From Candidatus Wallbacteria bacterium (GTDB taxonomy: Bacteria > Muiribacteriota > UBA6191 > JACPRK01), in assembly GCA_016213845.1 (NCBI GenBank), contig JACQZN010000082.1, positions 32,431 to 96,430 of the forward strand: a DNA stretch of 64,000 nucleotides, written 5' to 3'. The notes beneath the pieces are model-generated. The model made no database searches and was not told the origin of the DNA. It saw only the letters and a list, made by a program, of their open reading frames with translations. Positions 35,301 to 42,582 of this stretch are shown here, piece after piece. The position numbers were made by a program, and so were the translations under genes. How positions within the stretch are numbered: position 1 is the stretch's first letter; every line of letters starts with the position of its first letter.

Positions 35301-38139
35301 CGGCGAAAGCGACGCGGACGGCGAGCCGGCAACGACGCGCGTCATCTTCCAGGCCTATGCCGACGGCGTCGCCTACGTTCGGGTTCGCGCCCGGGAGCCC
35401 GAAGATGAGGGCAGCTATTCCGTCAGTGCCGTCCTGCTGCCCGAGGGGACCATCGACGACCACGTGGACGATGCCGGCATCCTGGCAGTTCGCGTGCCCG
35501 TGCAGCAGGCGCAACACGGGTTGATCGGGCGGACCGGCGACGTCGACGTCGTCCATTTGAAGCTGCGGGACGGCATCCGCTACCGGATCGCTGTGCGGCC
35601 GTTGACGCTCCCCGAGGTCCGTGTCGACCTCCTCGGTCCTGGCGGCGCCGCGCTGCTGCCGCAGCGTGCGTCGTCGTCTCCGGGCGGTTCCGTCGAGTTC
35701 ACCCTGACGGCGACCGGCACCGCGGGAGTCTTCGTTCGAATCGCCGGCAAGACCGCGTCCCAGGTCGGCAAGTGGCTTCTCTTCTACGACTTCGCCGATC
35801 CGCCGAGCATCTCCGTTACCGAGACCCGCAGCGGCAGTCAGCTCCTGGTCGACCTCGACATCGACGGTCTTCCCGCGGCGATCGAGGCGATGGAGATGCC
35901 GCTCGAGTTCGAGGGCGACGGGCTTCGCTACACCGGGACCGCGGTGCCGGGTCCGGCTGCCGAGGGGTTGCTGCTGCTCGACACCGGTGGAGAGAACCTC
36001 GGCTACCTCGGTCTTTCGTTCTATGCCGAGGAATCGCTCGATCCCGCGCGACAGCCGAGGAACGGCCGGCTGGTGCGGCTGGTGTTCGACGTCGTGAATC
36101 CCGGCGAGCTGGTTGCCGACAGTTTCGGCACGACCAAGGTCGACGTCGTCACGCCGGACTTCGAGCAGTTCTCGCTCTTCGCCCCGCGGGCCGACGCCGG
36201 CGTGGGGCAGACCGTGCTGCTGGAGCGGACCGCGCAGGGGCAGGTGCTACGCACCCTGGTGGACCCGTTGGACCCTTCGGGTCCGAGAGTGGACTTCGTG
36301 CGCCTGGACGGCAGCCTGAGCGCCGACGAGAGCCCGTTCCCGGCGACGCTCACCTATCGCTGGAGTGTCACGACCAGCCCGGTGCCGGTCACGCTGGCGC
36401 AGCCCGCCAGCTCGGTGCCGACCTTCGCGCCCACGACCCCCGGGTACTACGAGTTTGGTCTCAAGGTCCAGGGCGGGGGTCTCACCAGCCCGCTCCACGC
36501 CGTCGGAGTCGAGATCGGCATCGCCAACGAATCGCCCACGGCTCAGCCGGCCGCCTACGACCCTGCCACCGATCGCTCGACCACCCCGGAGGAGCCGGTC
36601 CTGCAACTGCAAGCGGGCGGCGGTCGCGTGGAGCTCGACGGAGGAGATTCCTTCGATCCGGACGCCGCGGAGGGCGACGTGCTGCAGTACCAGTGGCGTC
36701 AGCTCGGCGGACCTACGGTGAGTCTGTCGCCCTCGGCCCAGGACGTGACCCCCTCGTTTGCGCCGACGAGCCCGGGGAACTTCGTCTTCGAGCTGAAGGT
36801 AGTCGACGCCGCCGGGCTCGAGAGCATCCCGCGCCAGGTGAGCGTGCTGGCGACTCCGGGCGCCACCCTGGCGCCGCTGGCGCTTACCGCTCGCGCTTCC
36901 GGCCGCAAAGCCGTGGGTGCTGCCCTGCCGATCTCGGTGGTCGACGTGCAGGACCGCTCGCTGCGCGTGACGCTGCCCGCGACCGTGACCCTGAGCGCCT
37001 CGCTGGCCGCGAGGCCGTCCCAGGACACGACGGGCTATCTCCAGTTCTTCTGGCAGCAGGTCGAGGGCTCGCCCGTGTCACTTTCGTTGCCTCTGGCCGT
37101 CGTCGAGGAACTGCAGTCGGCGACGGTCTTCGAGCCGGCGACGGCTGGCGTCTTCGAGTTCGACTGCCTGGTACAGGAGCAGGACGAGCTTGGTCAGTCG
37201 ACGGGAGTCGAGTTGGGGCGCCGCATCCGGGTGGTCGTGGACGGGCTCGACAATGGCGTGCCGGTTTCGGTGGCGGTGCCGAGGAGCCTGGACGCGAAGG
37301 CCGCGCCGGCCGGCGCCAACGAGCCGGCCGTCGTGCGCGTCGCCAGTGGGGGGCGCGTGCAGCTCGACGGCGGCCGGTCGCGGGATCTCGGGGCCGGAGC
37401 AGACCTGAGCCTCGCCTACCAGTGGACGCAGATCTCGGGGCCGCCCGTGGTGCTATCCAACCCGTTCGCTTCACTGACCACGTTCGTGTCGCCCGTCTTT
37501 CCGGATATGTCGCGGCCGCTGGTGTTCGCGCTGTTCGTGGACGACGGGTCGGTCCGCAGCGCGCCGGCTCTGGCCGTCGTGGAAGTCCAGGAGACCAGCC
37601 GGCTGTCGAGCGGTCTGGACCTGGGAGGCGGCGCGAACTTCATCGGCGTCGGGGTCGCGCCGCGAGGAGGTCCGGGAACGTACTACGCGTCCGATCTGGC
37701 GCTCGACGCCGGGGTCTCGATGCTGGTGCGGCTCGAGTCGACGCCCGCGGGGCGCCGCTTCCGGCCCTTCTTTGCCGGGACCGGCGAGCGCGGCTTCCTG
37801 GTGCAGGGAAACGAAGGCTATCTCCTCTTCGGCAGCGGCGGGGCGCAGAGGCGGTCCCTGTTCGGGTCGGCGTGGGACTCCTCGCAGCTGCAGAAGCAAC
37901 TGGCCGACGGGCTGAACCTGGTGGCGATGCCGCGAGGAGTGCCGGCAGGCTTCACGGTTGGGTCGCTGGCTGCGCTCACGGGTGCACGCTTCGTCGCGTA
38001 CACCGAGCAGGTTGGCGGAAGGGCCCGCACGAGCGTCTACGTTCCGGGATTGTCGCTCACGGCGCCGGCCGTCGTGAGCGGCAAGTCCTACCTTCTGAGC
38101 GTCCCCGGAACACCTGCTGTCAGCCTGCCGGGGAGATGA
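32299..38139 (+). CDS. Large secreted multidomain protein: about 6 CARDB, 3 PPC-like, 1 cohesin-like and about 4 PKD-like domains (exact start uncertain, 32299-32359)
   Basis: Signal region WLCLAGFLAIASSASG; repeated E.(D/N)E.NN; DDH...D.DFFRF; LDG..S.D...Y.W.Q..GP.V motifs. Confidence 0.85.
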   Translation: MREPLPAVPTAGPRRGAVRTMRPPAIGPDRVRPIERPWGAFDLSRAGVVARWLCLAGFLAIASSASGQPNPQVVAISAPALAASSDSAPVTVTVRNAGSSATEAPVRVGLLAVSAGTSGVASSAEFDDSIEASEPLAPGESRDFETRVRVLLPAGSARLAAFVDPQGELEESDETDNDFVGDAVLQVVDPTGNLVVDGLELPGSASLGESVPLTVTVRNAGTGPLRFSSGFAVVLSTTTAPGPGAIVVNYGRGVEALPAGARATDSLRFTVPLGIEPGRYYVVPIADYNREAGETSESDNALQARSIDLSTPTVDLTVDAVDAPTAIPVGRPFQATVDLSNGGTTAASMPFVLSIVVTRDLTSTDTEPSIGSRTIDALAAGGSLSTTVACRVPATIAPGDYALSALVDADALYGELDKANNRRASSGGLAVSTADVDLTIEAIRVPTGGVIGGPVRARFSVSNLGTGAVPEAFYVGFYLSTDGERSDTDAYLGERYVESLEGGQTTTFTAESRLPLALTSGAYFYLAVADRDHGIDEENESNNLSATPFSARASRIDLVPVAVTAPASGAPMEFVPLFVSVENRGTDDSPPFLVLFSASPGPVLTDTAILIGQSYFTQGGLAAGERRLEGPFFADVPEGTPEGSYTLFATVDQDDRASESNESNNNLAAVAPFAITTAASSVDDHPDAYTLTRPSEDLLPGDGRPVLARHERVRDVDFFRFQAGAGDQIVLDVFGQPSSFVDTLVELLGPDGKQLGSNDNFGDISRSRVGPIAAPSTGTYFVAVRETQPFGQGPYVLRARLERGQPDLTVAVSPPAPASVPQGLRFRTTVTVSNVGQAIALGGAKVKLFLSADSAITTSDIAVGEVEAPDLPAGASVRRAAELLADGFEADPGSYFVGAIADPGRAVPQTNFANDVAVAPTRLTVTQAPDDHPGRAALTRPLEDGLTLDGDWVYARVERPGDEDFFRFDVLADQIYMVETLPGTLATRHLTVFRDGEIDVAGESDADGEPATTRVIFQAYADGVAYVRVRAREPEDEGSYSVSAVLLPEGTIDDHVDDAGILAVRVPVQQAQHGLIGRTGDVDVVHLKLRDGIRYRIAVRPLTLPEVRVDLLGPGGAALLPQRASSSPGGSVEFTLTATGTAGVFVRIAGKTASQVGKWLLFYDFADPPSISVTETRSGSQLLVDLDIDGLPAAIEAMEMPLEFEGDGLRYTGTAVPGPAAEGLLLLDTGGENLGYLGLSFYAEESLDPARQPRNGRLVRLVFDVVNPGELVADSFGTTKVDVVTPDFEQFSLFAPRADAGVGQTVLLERTAQGQVLRTLVDPLDPSGPRVDFVRLDGSLSADESPFPATLTYRWSVTTSPVPVTLAQPASSVPTFAPTTPGYYEFGLKVQGGGLTSPLHAVGVEIGIANESPTAQPAAYDPATDRSTTPEEPVLQLQAGGGRVELDGGDSFDPDAAEGDVLQYQWRQLGGPTVSLSPSAQDVTPSFAPTSPGNFVFELKVVDAAGLESIPRQVSVLATPGATLAPLALTARASGRKAVGAALPISVVDVQDRSLRVTLPATVTLSASLAARPSQDTTGYLQFFWQQVEGSPVSLSLPLAVVEELQSATVFEPATAGVFEFDCLVQEQDELGQSTGVELGRRIRVVVDGLDNGVPVSVAVPRSLDAKAAPAGANEPAVVRVASGGRVQLDGGRSRDLGAGADLSLAYQWTQISGPPVVLSNPFASLTTFVSPVFPDMSRPLVFALFVDDGSVRSAPALAVVEVQETSRLSSGLDLGGGANFIGVGVAPRGGPGTYYASDLALDAGVSMLVRLESTPAGRRFRPFFAGTGERGFLVQGNEGYLLFGSGGAQRRSLFGSAWDSSQLQKQLADGLNLVAMPRGVPAGFTVGSLAALTGARFVAYTEQVGGRARTSVYVPGLSLTAPAVVSGKSYLLSVPGTPAVSLPGR

Positions 38140-38219
38140 GCCCGGAGGCGGCGTGTTAGGATGGGCGCGTTACGAGAGCAGCCGCCGGCTCGAGCGGCAG
38201 CGAAAAGGAGAGTGACCGG

Positions 38220-38525
38220 ATGATTCGAATCCAGCGCTTGGGGTGGGGCCACCGGCTGATCGCGTTCGCCGTGGCGGGAGCTTTCAGCTTGATGTCTTTC
38301 GGCTGTGGCGGGGGAGCTGCGCCTGCGGCCACCGACGTCGCCAAGGACGCGGTCAAGGAGACGGCGACGACGCTGGTGAAGGACGCTGCGAAGGACGCGG
38401 CCACGAGCGCGGACAAGGGCTCGGCCAAGGATGCGGAAAAGCCGAAGGCCACCTACAACGAGGTCGGCGAGACCGACATCACCAAGGACGACAAGCCGAA
38501 GACGGTGCCGCAGAATCCCAAGTGA
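38220..38525 (+). CDS. Small Lys/Asp/Ala-rich lipoprotein
   Basis: AAGGAG SD; lipobox-like SFG-C followed by KDA repeats. Confidence 0.65.
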   Translation: MIRIQRLGWGHRLIAFAVAGAFSLMSFGCGGGAAPAATDVAKDAVKETATTLVKDAAKDAATSADKGSAKDAEKPKATYNEVGETDITKDDKPKTVPQNPK

Positions 38526-38557
38526 GCGGGCGGAAGGCTCGAGGCCCGGGCGAGGTT

Positions 38558-39577
38558 TCAGGCGCGTGCGGCGAGCGACTCGTAGAGCCTCAGGTGCAGG
38601 GAAGTCTCCACTGCGGGTGAGAATCGCTCCCGGGCGACCCGGCGGGCGGCGTCGGCCAGGCTCGGCCCAAGGGAGGGATCGCTGGCCAGTCTCTCTACGC
38701 ACTCGATGAAGCCTTCCTCGCCCGAGTAGACCAGGCCCGTCACGCCGTGCTCGACCAGGTCCCGGTTGCCCGGGACGTCGCTGACGACGACGGGTCTGCC
38801 CCACCACATCGCCTCGAGGATGGCGTTGGGCATGCCGCCCTCGGACTCCGAGGTATTGAGCGCGGCGTCGCCGCCGGCCAGGATGGCGGGCAGCTGCTCG
38901 TGACGCAGGTCGCCGGCGTAGGCGACCCAGGTGCGGCGGCGAATCTCGATGAAGAGCCGCTCGGCATAGGGGCGGTCCAGGATCGGGCCGAGGTAGAGCA
39001 ATCGCAGCGTGGGCAGGCGCTCTCGCAGGCGCTCCAGCGGGCCGATCGGGAACAGGTTCCCCTTCACGGGCCGGATGCCGGCGATGTGGAGCAGGGTGAA
39101 GGCGTCCGGCTTGCCGCCGTAGGAGCCCGTTCGAGGCGCGGGCCATCCGGCGACGTAGGGGGCCTGGGGAATGATGTGGAGCTTCCCGCAAAGGTGAGGG
39201 AAGTGGTCGCTAGCGAACCTCGCGGTGGTCGGCGTGAAGGCGACGACGGCGTTGGCCCGATCCAGCACCAGGCGCGTGGTTTCGGGCACAGGCGCGACTG
39301 CGTCGCCGAAGAGGTCCGTTCCGGTCAACGTGATCACGCAGGGCGCCGAAAGCTCCGAGGCCAGTGCGAGGGTCGCAGGGCCGGCGGCGACTGCATGGAA
39401 GCCGTGGACCACGGCCGTCGGGCCGGAGGTGTGGGCCGGGCGGAGCACTCGGCCGTCCGGCGAGCGGACCTCGACAGAGCATCCGGCCCGGCCGAGCTCC
39501 GCGGCGATGCGCTGCACGGTGATGGAGTTGCCCCGGGTGGAAGGGGCGAAGTGAGGGGTCACGAGAACGACGCGCAT
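38558..39577 (-). CDS. Glycosyltransferase family 4
   Basis: MRVVLVTP..GNSIT, LTGTD, RPVKG, SESEGGMPNAILEAM and DVPGNRDLVEHGVTG. Confidence 0.9.
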   Translation of the reverse strand: MRVVLVTPHFAPSTRGNSITVQRIAAELGRAGCSVEVRSPDGRVLRPAHTSGPTAVVHGFHAVAAGPATLALASELSAPCVITLTGTDLFGDAVAPVPETTRLVLDRANAVVAFTPTTARFASDHFPHLCGKLHIIPQAPYVAGWPAPRTGSYGGKPDAFTLLHIAGIRPVKGNLFPIGPLERLRERLPTLRLLYLGPILDRPYAERLFIEIRRRTWVAYAGDLRHEQLPAILAGGDAALNTSESEGGMPNAILEAMWWGRPVVVSDVPGNRDLVEHGVTGLVYSGEEGFIECVERLASDPSLGPSLADAARRVARERFSPAVETSLHLRLYESLAARA

Positions 39578-39645
39578 GATCGGAGAGAGGCTACCACGGG
39601 GGGGCCGTTCCACGCGGCCCAGGGTGGGGTGGGCGTGGCTCCGCG

Positions 39646-40281
39646 CTACTTGCTCGCCGGGCGGGCCGGGACCCAGCGGGTGCGCCGGGACTGGCTCAGC
39701 GTGTCGACGAGCGCGAGCTGGCCGCGGAGCGTCATGAGGCGAGTTGTCGCTGCGCTTGCGGCGGAGCTGTCCATCCCGCCGTAGGGCACGGCGACTTCGT
39801 AGAGCACGAGGTCGCCCCCCAGGCCGCCCCGGAAGTCGATGTCGAAGCGCGCGACGCGCGTGGCGCCGATCTGCACGGCTCGCCCGCCGGCCTGGCGGAC
39901 GACGCGGCGGGTGGCGCGGTCGAGGCCGTAGACGACCTTCTCGACGGCCTCGCCCTGGGCCTTGCCCGCAGTGCGGCGATAGAACGTGACACGGTCGAAG
40001 GTGCCCGGGTCGACCGCCGCCGCCGATTCGAGCAGCAGCGGCTTGCCGCCCCATTTCTCGTATTCCTCGAGGCCGGGAAGCGCCAGGCTCGAGAGGTCGG
40101 CGCGCAGGTGCTCGACGATCGATTCGGCGCCGCGCAGGGCGGTGAGCCTGCCGATGCTGGCCGAGACGCGCTTGTTGTCGAAGTAGTAGAGCGTCCAGAG
40201 GACTGTGAACGTGATGATGGTGAGGAGGAGGCCGACGACGATCTCGATCATCGAGAAGGCGGCGCGGCGGCGGGCTCTCAA
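39646..40281 (-). CDS. Pseudopilin/minor-pilin-like protein (PulJ/PilW-like)
   Basis: TTG start overlapping the upstream stop with a GGAGG SD; RRRAA|FSMIEIVVGLLL class III signal. Confidence 0.72.
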   Translation of the reverse strand: MRARRRAAFSMIEIVVGLLLTIITFTVLWTLYYFDNKRVSASIGRLTALRGAESIVEHLRADLSSLALPGLEEYEKWGGKPLLLESAAAVDPGTFDRVTFYRRTAGKAQGEAVEKVVYGLDRATRRVVRQAGGRAVQIGATRVARFDIDFRGGLGGDLVLYEVAVPYGGMDSSAASAATTRLMTLRGQLALVDTLSQSRRTRWVPARPASK

Positions 40282-40772
40282 TTGCAGTCCTCCACAGGCG
40301 GCTTGGAGGTGAAGGGGGGCAGCGCTGCCAGGGATCGCCTCGGGTTGGAGACCAGGCGGTCGCAGGTCAGGGAGAGCTCGCGGTCGGGGGCGGTGGAGCG
40401 CCATTTGACGGTGGCCTGCAGCCGGATCAGTCCGCCAACCTCGAGCCGGGCGAGCCGGACCTGGCGGGAGACGTCCCGAGCGGAGACGCCGGCGCCGGCA
40501 ACGCCGCCGAGCGCGGCCTGGATCTCGGGGGCGGCACCTGACAGCGTGAGCTCCTTGGCGTCGCCGAGCAGTGCGTCGAGCCGGGCGTAGCCGAGGGAGC
40601 CGGCGAAGTGCTCGAGAAGGTGCTCGGCTTCGCTCTGGGCGCGGAGCTGGGTCTCGCCCTGTTGACCGCGCCTGCGGGAGAGCGTGTTGAGCCCCAGGAG
40701 CGGCACGATGGCGGCGACGATCAGGACCAGCGCCACGAGGATCTCGGTGAGCGTGAAGGCGCGACGGGTCAT
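40278..40772 (-). CDS. Prepilin-type N-terminal methylation domain protein (PulI/PilV-like)
   Basis: MTRRA|FTLTEILVALVLIVAAIVPLL. Confidence 0.85.
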   Translation of the reverse strand: MTRRAFTLTEILVALVLIVAAIVPLLGLNTLSRRRGQQGETQLRAQSEAEHLLEHFAGSLGYARLDALLGDAKELTLSGAAPEIQAALGGVAGAGVSARDVSRQVRLARLEVGGLIRLQATVKWRSTAPDRELSLTCDRLVSNPRRSLAALPPFTSKPPVEDCN

Positions 40773-42550
40773 CGGGCGCTCCTGGCGACCACGCGGCTGT
40801 CGAGCGCCGGGCTGAGCGCGACGGCCAGGTGGTCCGGGTAGACGCGCACGGAACCGTCGGGGAGCTCTTCGGTGGCGACCAGCCGCTGGTCGGGCACGAC
40901 GGTTCCGGCTGAGGTGTCGAGCCGCTCTGTGATGAGACTTCCGACGATCCGCGTTTCAGGGCCCGGCGCCAGGACGAGCGGGCCGCGGGCGATGAGGGCG
41001 GCATGCACTTCGCCCGAGACGGTGAGCCTGCCGAAGCAGATGACGGTCAGCGTGCTCTGGGGATCGGCGGCCGGGATATCGGACACGGTGACGTCACCGG
41101 ATGCGATGACGACGAGGCGTCCGCGGGAAGGGCCCGTCAGCTCCAGCGGTCCGGACTTCGCGTTGTCGACGGCGACGACGCCGTTGGCCGAGCGGCCCGC
41201 CGGGTCCATCTCGCGGCGGAAGGCTTCGAAGGCCCGGTTGGCCGATTCTCCCGGCGCCGGCTTGACGTCGTAAAAGAACTTGTCGCGGAAGCGGGGGTTG
41301 TCGAGCGAGAAGCGATCGAGGAGGTTGCGGTAGTACTCGAGCGCGTTGCCCTCGGGCGCCGGCGTGGCGGCGCCGACGGCGTGCATCAGCCGGGGTGCGG
41401 GGCCCGTGCGGCATCCGGAGAACCAGGGGGGCGCGAAGACTTCGAGCAGGATCTTGGCATCCAGCTCGGCCAGCCTGCGCACGTTGGCGATGACGGCGCG
41501 CACGGAGGCAGGGTCCGTTATCTGGCCTGACTTCAGCGCGGATTCGTCCTGGCGGGCCGTGGCGTGGACGGTCTTCCAGCGTTGCTCGAAGGCGCGCCAG
41601 GAAGGGGGGCCCAGCCGCGCGAGATCCAGCGGGCGGTTGGACTTGGCCAGGCTGAAGACGACCACGCCGGGCTCTGGGAAGCCGAACGAGAGCGGCGCGT
41701 AGCGCGTTTCGTAGTCGCGGATCTTCTCGAGCGCACCGGTGGGGATGGCCCGGACTTCGCGCTGCAGGTCCTCTATCGTCTGGGCCGTTATCGCCTGTCC
41801 GAGCGGCGCGGCGGCCATGGCTGACTTGAACTGCTCCATGGCCTGGTCGACGTCCTCCTTGAGCTTGCGGATGCGCTCGAGATCGGCGCGCAGCAAGCGA
41901 ATGACGCGGTTGGCACTGGGCCAGGGGTCGGCTGGGGAGCCTCGATCGAGCCCCAGGAAGCCGGCCCCGTCGTGGACGTAGAGCGCGACCCGATCGAACG
42001 GGACCGGGGGGCCCAGCACGGCCACCTTGAACTCCTGCGTCATCTCGACGTCCCGGACGACGGCGTCGGCGGAGCGCAGCAGCGGGTAGGCGGTGACGGT
42101 CGCCCGGTAACGCAGCAGGCCGCGGCTCTCGAAGGCGAGGCGGTCGAAGGGGTCCTGGGAGAGCACTCGCACGTCGACGACGCTGTTTTCGAGCGCGAAC
42201 CGGCGGTAGCGCTCCTCGCGCATCAAAGTTCGTACCCGGCCGCCCTCCAGTGCGTTGACGCGCAGCACGGCATCCGGGAGCTTGCGGCGGCCCAGCCCCA
42301 AGCGGAAGAATGTGGCGACTTCGTCGCCGGCGGCGTTGGCACGCTCGGCCAGCTCGAAGCGCGTCTCCTCGATGGCGCTTTCGGCCAGCAGCGTCGCCAC
42401 GGAGCCGTCGGCGTCGCGCTGCGTCGTGAAGAGGACCTGGGAAGAGAAGCGGTCGTGGCCCAGTGCCATCGCCAGCAAGACCAGCAGCGCCACCATGACC
42501 AGCACCACCAGGCTTCCCACGCCACGGCGGCCCGAGCGCGCGCGTCTCAC
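40769..42550 (-). CDS. Large PilX/GspK-like pilin-tip protein (hypothetical)
   Basis: GRRG|VGSLVVLVMVALLVLLAMAL without Glu5, then ATLLAESAIEE; coupled to two pilin genes. Confidence 0.65.
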   Translation of the reverse strand: MRRARSGRRGVGSLVVLVMVALLVLLAMALGHDRFSSQVLFTTQRDADGSVATLLAESAIEETRFELAERANAAGDEVATFFRLGLGRRKLPDAVLRVNALEGGRVRTLMREERYRRFALENSVVDVRVLSQDPFDRLAFESRGLLRYRATVTAYPLLRSADAVVRDVEMTQEFKVAVLGPPVPFDRVALYVHDGAGFLGLDRGSPADPWPSANRVIRLLRADLERIRKLKEDVDQAMEQFKSAMAAAPLGQAITAQTIEDLQREVRAIPTGALEKIRDYETRYAPLSFGFPEPGVVVFSLAKSNRPLDLARLGPPSWRAFEQRWKTVHATARQDESALKSGQITDPASVRAVIANVRRLAELDAKILLEVFAPPWFSGCRTGPAPRLMHAVGAATPAPEGNALEYYRNLLDRFSLDNPRFRDKFFYDVKPAPGESANRAFEAFRREMDPAGRSANGVVAVDNAKSGPLELTGPSRGRLVVIASGDVTVSDIPAADPQSTLTVICFGRLTVSGEVHAALIARGPLVLAPGPETRIVGSLITERLDTSAGTVVPDQRLVATEELPDGSVRVYPDHLAVALSPALDSRVVARSAR

Positions 42551-42582
42551 GCCGGTATTCTAGCGGAACCTCGCTCGCCGGC

